From assembly GCA_051439505.1 (NCBI GenBank), contig JBFRWI010000086.1, forward strand, positions 1 through 64,000: DNA of 64,000 nt. Reading direction: 5' to 3'. The notes below the pieces were generated by a model. The model had not been told where the DNA came from and searched no databases. It saw nothing but the letters and a program-made list of their open reading frames with translations. Numbering within the stretch: the stretch's first letter is position 1; each line of letters opens with the position of its first letter. Below are positions 29,168-39,301 of the stretch, one piece after another. The position numbers were made by a program, and so were the translations under genes. Source of the DNA: Hormoscilla sp. (GTDB taxonomy: Bacteria > Cyanobacteriota > Cyanobacteriia > Cyanobacteriales > Desertifilaceae).

Positions 29168-31255
29168 CTACAAGTCAACGCCAATGAGATGAAAAGCTTG
29201 TTTTATTGCTTGAGATAAAGCATGTTTTTGTTGCTGGCCATATAGTTGGACAGCTTGATAATAAGCCGAACGGATATCGCGCAAGTTTAACACATGTCCA
29301 TCGGGGTTCCTAATGTTCAGCAAAACCCAACCTAAATTATGATAGGCTTCGGCATAGTCGGCTTTTAATTGCACTGCTGTTTCTAGATACCATCGGGCTT
29401 GTTCCCATTGGCCCTGGCGGGCGAGCAAAGTTCCCTTACGAAATAAAGCGAAGGCATCATCCCCGAATTTCTGGATATAATCGCTATAGGCTTCCATAGC
29501 TGCGGGCAAGTCGTCCAGATGTTCGCAAACAATGCCATAATTTAAGTATACCCAAGCGGGCGATCGGGGTTTTGCCATGGCCTGCTGAAAACTGGAAACT
29601 GCTTCCGTCCATTTACCTAAACTTGCCGCCTGCCAGCCGATAAATCCCTCGATAAAAGCATTATCGGGTATTTGACTTTGATACTCTTGGATACATCTAT
29701 CTAGATCGGGGGCTTGCTGATTAACTAAAGCTCTTTCTAGAGCAATAGTCAGACAGGGATATACCCAACTTTGCAGTTCTTTGCGAGAATTACTGTTAGT
29801 TTGCTTGGACTTGGTAATGCTTTGCCGGGCCGCGCGGATGGCCAGTTTCCATTTTCCCTTGCGTACTGCTATCCAAGCTTTTAATCCCAGGGCGAAGGTG
29901 GCATTACTGTCCAGTTCTAACGCCCGCTCGACTGCTATTTCAGCCTCTTGCCAGTTGCCAGTTTTGGCCAATGCCCAAGCCAAATTCGCCTGGATCCAAG
30001 ACTCATGAGGTGCTAAACTAGCCGCCTGCTGTAATGGTTGCACTGCTGCGGTCCAATTTCCTTGCCGACAGTTAACCAGTCCCCATACTCCATAACCCCT
30101 GCTATCATTTGGTTGTAGTTTAATTGCTCTCCTTGCCGCCCCCGCTGCTCGACTATCATCTATATAGATTAACACTAAGGCTAATTCTACAGATGCTGCA
30201 CCATTATCAGGCTCCCGATCGAGACATTTTTCATAAGCTGCGGCGCTTTCCTTGAGTTTACCTTGCCCCACCAAGTAACGTGCTTTTCTGAGACTGGGGG
30301 AGATAAATTTTCCTTGCAGGGCCTCGATTAATTCATCGGCAGTTTGAAAGCGATCGTCCGCCTGCATATTCATTCCCGTTAAGATAATTTGCTCTGTTTG
30401 CGGGTGAATTGATGGCACTATTTGTCGTGGTGGAATGAGAGCATCTGACCCCATTCTCGCCGGTGCTTCTAAAGGAGTTTGACCCGTCAAAGCATGGTAC
30501 ATTGAGGCACAGACAGCATAAAAATCTGTACTCGGGCCGCGTCGCGCTTGATAGGTATATTGTTCTAAGGGCGCGTATCCAGGAGTTAACATTGTAGTCA
30601 TTTGATTGGTCATGCCCGCGATCGACTCTCTCGCCGTGCCGAAATCAATGAGAATAGCTCTGTCTTGCTCGTCAACAATAATATTTTCTGGTTTAATATC
30701 TCTGTGAACTAAATTATTAGCATGTACTACCTTCAATGCCGCTGTCACTTGCAGAAAATATTGCTTGACGCGCTCTTCTGGCAAGTATCCTGCCGATTTT
30801 AACATTTCTGCTAAAGAATTTCCCTTGATAAACTCCATCACAATATATGCAGTATTATTTTCCGCAAACCACTCATAAACTGTTACGATATTGGGATGGA
30901 TGCACTTTTGTAAGCATTCGGCTTCTGTCTTAAATTTGTTAATTTGCTCCTGCTGCGCTTGGGGGGCGATCGAGGCCGGCCAAATAATGCTGTTATCTTG
31001 CCTGAGAAATTTGTCCGGACAAAGTTCTTTGATCGCCACTTCCGCTAATTTAACCGTATCAGTTCCCTGATAAGTTATACCAAATCCTCCCTCCCCGATG
31101 GTTCTATAAATCCTATATCTACCTCCCTGAAGTAAAGTTCCAGCAGGCAGTTGGTATCCGTTAGACTGCACGGAGGTTAAGGGACAACCACAAGCGGCGC
31201 AGGTAATGGCTGTATCGGCATTTTCAGCCAGGCAGACGGGACAGTTAATCGGCAT
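29168..31255 (-). CDS. Ser/Thr protein kinase with N-terminal zinc ribbon and C-terminal TPRs
   Basis: CPVC..CAACG; GEGGFG, AIKE, HRDIKPEN, DFG, GYAPLE; TPR-like helices. Confidence 0.93.
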   Translation of the reverse strand: MPINCPVCLAENADTAITCAACGCPLTSVQSNGYQLPAGTLLQGGRYRIYRTIGEGGFGITYQGTDTVKLAEVAIKELCPDKFLRQDNSIIWPASIAPQAQQEQINKFKTEAECLQKCIHPNIVTVYEWFAENNTAYIVMEFIKGNSLAEMLKSAGYLPEERVKQYFLQVTAALKVVHANNLVHRDIKPENIIVDEQDRAILIDFGTARESIAGMTNQMTTMLTPGYAPLEQYTYQARRGPSTDFYAVCASMYHALTGQTPLEAPARMGSDALIPPRQIVPSIHPQTEQIILTGMNMQADDRFQTADELIEALQGKFISPSLRKARYLVGQGKLKESAAAYEKCLDREPDNGAASVELALVLIYIDDSRAAGAARRAIKLQPNDSRGYGVWGLVNCRQGNWTAAVQPLQQAASLAPHESWIQANLAWALAKTGNWQEAEIAVERALELDSNATFALGLKAWIAVRKGKWKLAIRAARQSITKSKQTNSNSRKELQSWVYPCLTIALERALVNQQAPDLDRCIQEYQSQIPDNAFIEGFIGWQAASLGKWTEAVSSFQQAMAKPRSPAWVYLNYGIVCEHLDDLPAAMEAYSDYIQKFGDDAFALFRKGTLLARQGQWEQARWYLETAVQLKADYAEAYHNLGWVLLNIRNPDGHVLNLRDIRSAYYQAVQLYGQQQKHALSQAIKQAFHLIGVDL

Positions 31256-31651
31256 TTGCTTTTCTCAATTGGTAGGGTGGGCACTGCCCACCAATTCAGT
31301 TATCATACGTCAGACAATTTTGGCAAAACAATGCTACAATTATTTGTACATTATCTTATTTTCGGTTTTAATTCACCGGAATGCTTCTGTCGCAACAGGC
31401 CGCTTCTGGTTAAAATTGTCCGCTAAGAGTGCAAGTACAGTGTCGTGGACTAAATCAATTCTTTCTCGACAAGGTCGAGTGTGTTGACAATGTTTCCAGT
31501 CTGTTTTCAACCGACTTAAGCTATGAGCCGGGGGTTAAAACCCCCGGCGGGCCAGGAGGCTAATCTAGTACGCGATCGCCCTCAATTCCTCGGCCACCTA
31601 TGATATTATAGCAAAACAGATTGATTTGAAGCAAACCGTAATAAAATCTCA

Positions 31652-33034
31652 ATGACTTTAGTAATTGCGGGGGTCAGCAGTGGCGTCGGGAAAACAACAT
31701 GCACTCTCTGTATGCTAGCATATTTGCAACGCTACGGGGTTCAATCTTTTAAGGTCGGTCCTGATTATATTGACCCGATGTTTCACGAGTATATCACCGG
31801 TCGTCCTTGTCGGAATTTAGATCCGGTGCTGACCGACCCCGAGTACGTCCGGCAATGTTTTGCTCTCCATACTCGCTCTTGTGAATTCGCCCTGGTGGAA
31901 GGGGTGATGGGACTATTTGATGGCATAACTATTACTACTGCTAACCAAGAAAAGATCACCGATTTTGCCAGCACGGCCCATATAGCTAGGATACTAGATT
32001 TGCCCGTATTATTGGTAATAGATTGCAGTCGGCTATCCGGTTCCGTAGGGGCGATCGTCCAAGGTTATCGTACTTTCGATCCCAGAATAGCACTGGCAGG
32101 TGTAGTATTAAATCGGGTCGGGAGCGATCGGCATCTAGAACTGCTCTTAACTGCCCTAGAACCCTTGCAGGTGCCCATATTAGGAGTGCTGCGCCGACAG
32201 GATAATATTACCATCCCCGATCGGCACTTAGGTTTAGTCCCAACGGCGGAAATTCCCCAACTGGATGCGATCGTAGACAAACTGGCCCATTTGGGAGAAA
32301 ATAGCTTTGACTGGGAACGGCTCATGCCACTCGTGCAATGCTCCCCCAAATCGACTCTCACCAATGCACCAATAGCAACCCGGAGATGGCCAGTCAGATT
32401 GGCGATCGCCCGGGATGCCGCGTTCAGCTTCTACTACCAGGATAACCTGGATCTATTGCAACAGCTAGGGGCAGAATTAATTCCTTGGAGTCCCCTAGCA
32501 GACAAGAGTTTACCAGACCGAGTGCAGGGATTATATTTCGGAGGCGGGTTTCCAGAAATGTTTGCCCAACAGCTAGCAGAAAACATCCCCGTTCGCCAGG
32601 CCCTGCGGCAGGCAATCTGGACAGGAATGCCTACCTATGCCGAATGCGGGGGTTTAATGTATTTGTGCGAATTCCTAGTTGACTTTGCCAGCAAGTCCTG
32701 GCCCATGGTAGGAGTATTGCCCACATCGACGATCGCAAGCAAGCGGCTCACCTTAGGATATCGACAAGCAGTAGCATTGCGAGATAGTCCCCTGCTGCGG
32801 ACGGACTTGGTCGTGCGGGGACATGAATTTCACCGTTCCCAACTGACCGCAGCACCCAAAGAACCATTATATCGGACCAAGGGATATTACTCCCAAGAGC
32901 GATCGGGTACGGAAGGATGGCAGCTGTATGGAGTACATGCTTCCTACATTCATCTCCACTGGGGAGGACTCCCCTCCATTGCTGCCCAGTTTTTGCAGTC
33001 TTTGTCCGATTATGGTAAACTGAGTGAAAAATAG
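31652..33034 (+). CDS. cobB: Cobyrinate a,c-diamide synthase
   Basis: SGVGKTT, FKVGPDYIDP, VEGVMGLFDG, GGGFPE, YAECGG and GHEFH. Confidence 0.95.
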   Translation: MTLVIAGVSSGVGKTTCTLCMLAYLQRYGVQSFKVGPDYIDPMFHEYITGRPCRNLDPVLTDPEYVRQCFALHTRSCEFALVEGVMGLFDGITITTANQEKITDFASTAHIARILDLPVLLVIDCSRLSGSVGAIVQGYRTFDPRIALAGVVLNRVGSDRHLELLLTALEPLQVPILGVLRRQDNITIPDRHLGLVPTAEIPQLDAIVDKLAHLGENSFDWERLMPLVQCSPKSTLTNAPIATRRWPVRLAIARDAAFSFYYQDNLDLLQQLGAELIPWSPLADKSLPDRVQGLYFGGGFPEMFAQQLAENIPVRQALRQAIWTGMPTYAECGGLMYLCEFLVDFASKSWPMVGVLPTSTIASKRLTLGYRQAVALRDSPLLRTDLVVRGHEFHRSQLTAAPKEPLYRTKGYYSQERSGTEGWQLYGVHASYIHLHWGGLPSIAAQFLQSLSDYGKLSEK

Positions 33035-33049
33035 AATTGGGAATTTGTC

Positions 33050-33400
33050 GTGACTGTATCGGTACAATTTATAGATGGACTGGATGAGGAGATTGGTGGC
33101 ATTAGCTTGCGGAAACGCCGGAACGATAAAACCAAGATCGTGGTTTTAGCCTTCGATCGGCTGCGGGCGATCGAGCAATTTCGCAGCTTGACCCAAAAGA
33201 TAGACGCCCTGTTGCTGCGGGACGAAGAAGGGGAAATTCGTGTGATTCCCAGTGGCATCAAGTTTATCTTTGAAAAAGAAGACGAGCTGTCAAAAGCATT
33301 CTGTACATTTGAAGTAGACTCAAAATCTGCTTTTGAACGAGTGATGCGGTTTTTAAACCGTTATGCAGAGGCGAATGGGTTTGAGTTTCGCGATCGTTGA
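33050..33400 (+). CDS. psb28: Photosystem II Psb28 family protein (Psb28-2-like)
   Basis: VQFIDGLDE, L.DEEGEI, ERVMRFLNRYAEANG. Confidence 0.85.
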   Translation: MTVSVQFIDGLDEEIGGISLRKRRNDKTKIVVLAFDRLRAIEQFRSLTQKIDALLLRDEEGEIRVIPSGIKFIFEKEDELSKAFCTFEVDSKSAFERVMRFLNRYAEANGFEFRDR

Positions 33401-33434
33401 AAGCTGGGAAGCCGTGCCACCGGGTTCCCGGCCA

Positions 33435-33701
33435 TCAGGAGCGATCGCCCCCGATCGCCGACGGTGACGATCCCTGGTAAGATGCTAGCATCCGGCGCAT
33501 CATTGGCGGCCAGATTAACAGAAAAAAGCCCATCCAGGCTAACACGGGCACTCCGACAAGAATTGAGATCCAGATGGTCCTGAAGAGCAACCAACTGATA
33601 CTCTCAATAGCTATGCCAGTCAGGATGATTGACCAAGGCTGACACCACCAAGGTTTATAATTCCAAGGGTTAATCGGTTCTGGTGCAGAGACTTCTTTCA
33701 T
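33435..33701 (-). CDS. Small membrane protein (DUF6737-like)
   Basis: PWNYKPWWCQPWSIILTG motif. Confidence 0.75.
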   Translation of the reverse strand: MKEVSAPEPINPWNYKPWWCQPWSIILTGIAIESISWLLFRTIWISILVGVPVLAWMGFFLLIWPPMMRRMLASYQGSSPSAIGGDRS

Positions 33702-34108
33702 GGGTGAGTGGTAAGTGGTGAGTAGTTACTGTAGGATGGGGAACGGGCGATCGGGCAGTTATGGTGGTTCCATGGCTTGGGATTGATTATACAATGGGAT
33801 GTCCTTTCCACCGCAGCAGGCGATCGCCACCCAGTCAGGTGGGGTCGGCCTGTAGCCCCAGGGAATGACAACCGGTGATCGCCGGTGGTGTGGAAGCAGG
33901 GCGATCGCGCTCTGGTCGGGATTGAAAAAAAAGCGATTGCGCTGCGCGCACACGCTTCGCTACGCGATCGGGCATTATAGTAAAAAAACCAGATCGAGAC
34001 CCGATCGGGCCCGGGAGATCGCGGGTTCGGCAAGGATATGGTAAAATGCCTGCCATTGCCCCCCCAGTCGGGACCCTCTCAGGCAAAAAAGATGAAAAAA
34101 GTAAAAAC

Positions 34109-35374
34109 ATGAGTAGTGAGACAAAAAAAGAACGACCGATCGCAGTAGACTTGTGCGCAGGTGCAGGAGGGATGACCCTGGGGTTTGAACAAGCAGGGTT
34201 TGACGTGCTGGCATCTGTTGACATAGATCCAATACACTGCGCTATCCACGAGTATAATTTCCCCTTTTGGTCGGTATTATGCCAGAATATAGTAGAAACT
34301 ACGGAAGCGGAAATAAGGTCAAGGTCGCAAATAGGCGATCGGGAGATAGACGTAGTGCTGGCCAGCTTGCCAACTTCTCAAGTATTCTCCACCATGGGGA
34401 AACGCGCAGCGTCGGAAAAGCGGAATTCGGTGCTGTATAATTTTCAGAGACTGGTTGCGGAGCTCAAACCGAAATATTTCGTGATGGAAAATGACCGAGG
34501 ACTGGCGATCGGGAGGCAAAAACAGCGACTGAAGAATTTGATCAAGGATTTAAGGGAAGCAGGCTATCAAGTACAAGAGGATTATAAATCTCTCAATGCT
34601 GCCAACTACGGAATACCAGAGGCTCGCGAAAGACTGTTTCTGCTGGGATGCCGGTCATCCGAGAAGTTGCCGAAATATCCGCTAGCAACGACAAAACCAG
34701 CAAAACCCAGGCTGCGCGATCGCCATCGAGATTCAGATCTGCCCCTCGGTCCCACGGTGTGGGATGCCCTGTCAGACCTACCAGAAGCGAAAAACTACCC
34801 GGAATTAGTCAAGCAGGACTGGACCCAAGCGGAGTACGGCAAGCCTAGCAATTATGCCAAAGGACTGAGCGTTCGGGACTTTTTAGCAGATAATTATGGC
34901 TACGATCGGGAATACGATCGACAATTGTTGACGTCCAGCATGCTGACCAAACATTCATTGCGATCGATGAAACGATTTGAGAATACCAAACAGGGTCAAA
35001 GGGAAAAAATCAGTCGTTTCCAGAAGCTGCATCCTGAAGGCATATGCAACAGTCTCCGGGGAGGAACGGACAGGACTCAAGGTTCTTTCACTGCCCCCAG
35101 GCCAATTCATCCCTATGTACCCAGATGTATCACGGTCAGGGAAGCAGCAAGGTTGCATTCATATCCGGACTGGTTCAGATTTCACGCGACGAAATGGCAC
35201 GGGTTCCGGCAAGTGGCAAATTCCGTACCGCCATTGCTGGCCAAGGCAGTGGCAGCAGAGATTATCCGTGCCTTGGGAGTCGTCCCCTCATCTCCCACCG
35301 GCAAGCTGCTGCTGGGAGATGAGAAATTGCTAGAATTAACTAATTCTCAAGCTAGTCAGCGTTACCGTTCCTAG
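34109..35374 (+). CDS. DNA (cytosine-5) methyltransferase homologue with degenerate catalytic motifs
   Basis: Motif I DLCAGAGG, IX RCITVREAARLHSYPD and X RQVANSVPP are present; motif IV reads LASLPTSQVFS (no PC) and motif VI reads MEND. Confidence 0.85.
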   Translation: MSSETKKERPIAVDLCAGAGGMTLGFEQAGFDVLASVDIDPIHCAIHEYNFPFWSVLCQNIVETTEAEIRSRSQIGDREIDVVLASLPTSQVFSTMGKRAASEKRNSVLYNFQRLVAELKPKYFVMENDRGLAIGRQKQRLKNLIKDLREAGYQVQEDYKSLNAANYGIPEARERLFLLGCRSSEKLPKYPLATTKPAKPRLRDRHRDSDLPLGPTVWDALSDLPEAKNYPELVKQDWTQAEYGKPSNYAKGLSVRDFLADNYGYDREYDRQLLTSSMLTKHSLRSMKRFENTKQGQREKISRFQKLHPEGICNSLRGGTDRTQGSFTAPRPIHPYVPRCITVREAARLHSYPDWFRFHATKWHGFRQVANSVPPLLAKAVAAEIIRALGVVPSSPTGKLLLGDEKLLELTNSQASQRYRS

Positions 35375-35458
35375 CCTCGCCGTTCGCCGTTCGCAGTTCG
35401 TAGTAAGGACTTTAGTCCTTACCTAAATGTGATATAGCTCAGAGAAAAGGGAGGGAAT

Positions 35459-35980
35459 ATGCCCAGAACGCAACGTAACGATAATTTCATTGACAAAAGC
35501 TTTACGGTAATGGCAGATATCATACTCAAGATCATGCCGACGAACAAAAAAGCGAAGGAAGCTTTTGCCTATTACCGGGATGGAATGTCAGCTCAAGCAG
35601 ATGGAGAATACGCGGAAGCATTGGACAATTACTATGAAGCGCTGGAGATAGAAGAAGATCCGAACGATCGCAGCTATATCCTCTATAATATCGGATTGAT
35701 CCATGCTAGCAACGGCGAACATGAGAAGGCGCTGGGTTACTATCAGCAGGCCCTGGAACAAAATGCTCGCCTCCCCCAAGCGCTGAACAATATTGCGGTC
35801 ATTTACCACTACAAGGGAGAAAGGGCAAAGGAAGCTGGTGATGATGACGCAGGTGAAGCTATGTTTGATAAAGCGGCTGAGTATTGGAAGCAAGCAATTC
35901 GCCAGGCCCCCAATAACTACATTGAAGCTCAAAATTGGCTCAAAAATACGGGGCGATCGGAAATGGATGTATTTTTCTAG
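35459..35980 (+). CDS. ycf3: Photosystem I assembly protein Ycf3
   Basis: Starts [22 protein letters not shown]. Confidence 0.98.
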   Translation: MPRTQRNDNFIDKSFTVMADIILKIMPTNKKAKEAFAYYRDGMSAQADGEYAEALDNYYEALEIEEDPNDRSYILYNIGLIHASNGEHEKALGYYQQALEQNARLPQALNNIAVIYHYKGERAKEAGDDDAGEAMFDKAAEYWKQAIRQAPNNYIEAQNWLKNTGRSEMDVFF

Positions 35981-36106
35981 TTGTTAGTTGTTAGTTGTTA
36001 GTTGTTAGTTGTTAGTTGTTAGTTGTTAGTTGTTAGTTGACTATTGACTATTAACCACTAACCACTAACCACTGACTACTGACTACTAACCACTGACTAC
36101 TGACCA
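35978..36106. repeat. Heptamer short tandem repeats (TAGTTGT x~9, then ACTAACC/ACTGACT); similar tracts near 21-50, 4200-4290, 36540-36603, 51864-51896 and 54655-54680
   Basis: Direct reading; STRR-type repeats of filamentous cyanobacteria. Confidence 0.9.
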
Positions 36107-36139
36107 CCCGATATTAACCATGTTCACCAGGAACTACCG

Positions 36140-36439
36140 ATGAAGATCGATCTAGAACAAGTTCGCAAAGTTGCCCATCTGGCCCGTTTGGAATTAACTT
36201 CCTCGGAAGAGGAAAAATTTACTACTCAACTGAGCAGTATTCTGGATTATTTTGAACAGTTGAGCGAACTAGACACTAGCGAGGTGCCGCCGACAACAAG
36301 GGCAATTGATGTTAGTAATGTAACGCGGCCAGATGAACTGCAACCTGACCCTAACCGGGATGCTATTCTAGCATGTGCGCCGGACCAAGATGGCGATTTC
36401 TTCAAGGTGCCACAAATTATCAGCGACGAAGATGGCTAA
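36140..36439 (+). CDS. gatC: Asp/Glu-tRNA amidotransferase subunit C
   Basis: VRKVAHLARLEL...ILDYFEQLSELDT..VPPT...FFKVPQI. Confidence 0.95.
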   Translation: MKIDLEQVRKVAHLARLELTSSEEEKFTTQLSSILDYFEQLSELDTSEVPPTTRAIDVSNVTRPDELQPDPNRDAILACAPDQDGDFFKVPQIISDEDG

Positions 36440-36602
36440 ATAATACGAGCAAACGGGAAGGGGAAACAGGAATTGTTGAATACTGGCGAAAGAAGAATCA
36501 AACGAGTATTGACGGATTACCGACAAATATATTATCATAGCTAATTGCTAATTGTTCATTGTTAATTGTTATAGCAATTAGCAATTAGCAATTAGCAATT
36601 AG

Positions 36603-37889
36603 CTAAAGAACTCGGATGATGCTGGGAATGCTGTCAACAGCATTGAGAGTGTTAATTTCCTTGAGGGCATTGCGGAAGTTACCTTCACGGGTTTCGTGGG
36701 TGAGGACGACAATTTCTGCTAGTTGACCCTGAAATCCGATTTGGACGAGGGATTCGAGGCTAACATTATTGTTGCCGAAGCTAGTGCCCAAGTGACCGAT
36801 GACGCCCGGTTGGTCTTTGGTGAGAAAGCGGACGTAAAAGCGGGTCTGGAGTTCTTCTATTGGGGCGATCGGGCAATAATGTTGATGGTGACAGGAGAGT
36901 AAAGGATGGGGTATGGGTTCGGTTTCCGTTTGCAGAATAGCGGCAACATTCATGAGATCGGCAACTACAGCACTGGCAGTGGGGCCAGCGCCCGCACCCC
37001 GTCCGTAAAACATTACCTGTCCGATCGGTTCTCCTTCGACTAAGATGGCATTATAAACGCCGCTGATACTGGCGAGGGGATGAGTTTGGGGAACCAGAGT
37101 GGGATGAACCCTCACTTGCAGGGAACCTTCTACAGATCCTTGGGCGATCGCCAGCAGTTTAATTTCAAACCCCAATTTTTCCGCATAGGCAATATCGGCG
37201 ACAGTTACATGACGAATGCCTTCGCAATAAACATCTTCTAGTTTCAAGCGTCCTCCAAACGCTAAGGATGCCAGAATCGCAATTTTATCGGCAGCATCCA
37301 AACCATCCACATCGGCAGTCGGATCTGCTTCGGCGTAACCCAACTGCTGTGCTTCCGCTAAAACATCGGCAAAATCGATGCCTTCCCGTTGCATTTTAGT
37401 GAGAATATAGTTAGTCGTACCGTTGACAATGCCGATGACCGATTGAATGCGGTTAACGACCAATGCCTGTTTCAAGGGTCCGATCGCGGGAATGCCACCC
37501 CCCACCGCCGCTTCCAGCATCACGTAGACGCCAGCGTTATTGGCCGCCGTGTAAATTTCATCGCCGTAGCGGGAAAGTACCGCTTTGTTGGCAGTGACCA
37601 CATGCTTTTTGTGGGCAATAGCTTTCAGAATCAGCGATCGGGCCGGTTCCAGTCCCCCGATCAGTTCGACAACAATATCAACTGCCGGATCTGTGACAAT
37701 TGCTTCTAGATCCGTTGTCAGCATATCAGCAGGCAATTTTACCGGGCGGGGTTTGGAGATGTCGCGCATTCCCACCCGATAGATTTCCAATTCCTGCAAT
37801 AAGGGATGACGCCCCTTGGGGTCGAGTAAAATCTCTGCGGTCCCTGCACCAACGGTACCCAGTCCTAGTAAACCAATTTTGTAAGTCAC
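36603..37889 (-). CDS. hom: Homoserine dehydrogenase with ACT domain
   Basis: GLGTVG, VVTANKA, EAAVGGGIP, NGTTNYIL, LGYAEADPT.DV.G.D. Confidence 0.95.
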   Translation of the reverse strand: MTYKIGLLGLGTVGAGTAEILLDPKGRHPLLQELEIYRVGMRDISKPRPVKLPADMLTTDLEAIVTDPAVDIVVELIGGLEPARSLILKAIAHKKHVVTANKAVLSRYGDEIYTAANNAGVYVMLEAAVGGGIPAIGPLKQALVVNRIQSVIGIVNGTTNYILTKMQREGIDFADVLAEAQQLGYAEADPTADVDGLDAADKIAILASLAFGGRLKLEDVYCEGIRHVTVADIAYAEKLGFEIKLLAIAQGSVEGSLQVRVHPTLVPQTHPLASISGVYNAILVEGEPIGQVMFYGRGAGAGPTASAVVADLMNVAAILQTETEPIPHPLLSCHHQHYCPIAPIEELQTRFYVRFLTKDQPGVIGHLGTSFGNNNVSLESLVQIGFQGQLAEIVVLTHETREGNFRNALKEINTLNAVDSIPSIIRVL

Positions 37890-38071
37890 GATTCCCCTTC
37901 CTGACTATGCTTGCCTTGACTATTGTGACAGACTTTCGTCAGTTTGGTTGAACTTACATCTTGCACCAATCCCGATCGCCCGCCCAATCATTTGCCAACC
38001 GGACTCCGGCGATCGCTCAAGCAAGGAACTAATATCTATACTCATTTTTGGGTGTTGTTTGCGAGTTAATT

Positions 38072-38250
38072 GTTCTTTCTATTATCCTACATCTGGGGCA
38101 GTTTGGGGAAAGGTCATCCCAAAAGTTATTATCAAATCCCAGGAAAATCATCCTCGGTATTTTATATTACATTGCTTAATGCTGCCATAGCCTACGGCAT
38201 ATCCTGCAAGTTAGCGTCTATCGGGTCTCATATCTACTGGTATGATACCT
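38072..38250. repeat. Degenerate direct duplicate of ~39239-39430 (pilin 3' end plus downstream leader)
   Basis: GTTCTTTCTATTATCCTACATCTGGGGCAGTTTG identical in both copies; the remainder is alignable (AGGTCATCCCAAAA, CATATCCTGCAAGTT). Confidence 0.8.
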
Positions 38251-38262
38251 TCCCAATTCGAC

Positions 38263-39198
38263 CTATTTACGATTGTTGCGCAGTATATTGATTAGAGCCC
38301 CGATCGCCATAATCAAGACACCATTAGTCGGCGAGAATTCAAAAGAGGCACCTGCCGTAGCATTATTAGTAGCTTCGGCAGTAGTAACGGCGACTTTTTT
38401 GAGGTCAGCATTAACACTCCCCCGGGTCGTGTTGTCCCCTAATGCCAACAAGTTCGGCGTCTCGTAGGGGTCGTAGGGCAATGTTAAATTCACGGCTCCT
38501 AAAGGAATACCAGCAGTATGGTCGAAAGCACTGTAGTCCCGTAGAGAACCGCTCAGAATGAGTGAATTATTTTGGAGAAGCTGGTAACTGTCCCCCTGGA
38601 TCTGGAGTTCGTAGCTGCTCAAATCAGTAGTCCCGATCGCAGTGCCCTCAGCGTGGGTAAAAAGACTGCCAGTCACGTCATCGTGCTGTGCCCAAATTTC
38701 ATTTTCCCAGAACCCCAGTTCAATACCCCGGAGGTCGCTGCTAATAGCAATGATACTAAAACCCGCCCGATCGTTGCCAACGTGGTTCTCCCTGTTAATT
38801 TTGAGGTCCAAACTGATGTTATAGCCACCATTGCGATCGAGAGTAGGGAAAGAGGCGTTAATCAAATTCGGCGTACAGGAACCAGGGAAAATCTCAATGC
38901 AGGACTCGTAGTTGCTATAGCCCCCGGCGATATCATTGGGGTCTGTTATCAAGGTATTAGTAACAGCAGTATTCAACTGAGTCCCGCCCGAGATCTGGGT
39001 TTGAGTAGCTTGAGGCAGATTGACCGTAATTGGGCTCACAGTAACAGATGCAGGAGCCGTTGTAAATTCCAGCCAGCCCTGACTGTCGGGAGTGCCAGAC
39101 AATGAGCCATCGTAGAGAGTAACAGATGCACCAGTTGCCCGGTTAGCTCCCAGAATCAATGTCAAGCCAAGTGTCATAGCAGTTATAGCAGTTTTCAT
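38263..39198 (-). CDS. Secreted surface protein with PFE-CTERM-like (PEP-CTERM variant) anchor
   Basis: Signal peptide MKTAITAMTLG...; C-terminal SFEFSPTNG + hydrophobic helix + RNNRK; GGAGG RBS. Confidence 0.75.
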   Translation of the reverse strand: MKTAITAMTLGLTLILGANRATGASVTLYDGSLSGTPDSQGWLEFTTAPASVTVSPITVNLPQATQTQISGGTQLNTAVTNTLITDPNDIAGGYSNYESCIEIFPGSCTPNLINASFPTLDRNGGYNISLDLKINRENHVGNDRAGFSIIAISSDLRGIELGFWENEIWAQHDDVTGSLFTHAEGTAIGTTDLSSYELQIQGDSYQLLQNNSLILSGSLRDYSAFDHTAGIPLGAVNLTLPYDPYETPNLLALGDNTTRGSVNADLKKVAVTTAEATNNATAGASFEFSPTNGVLIMAIGALINILRNNRK

Positions 39199-39301
39199 TT
39201 CTTCTCCTCCCTGATGGGTGAATCTTGAGTCGAGGTTCGTTCTTTCTATTATCCTACATCTGGGGCAGTTTGCGGACTTTGGGGACAGGTCATCCCAAAA
39301 A

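Noticed and set aside
31490..31651. Cobalamin riboswitch upstream of cobB
   Set aside because: Only a dispersed REP-like repeat is present; no B12-box or GGGAA..GGTG.AA.TCC core
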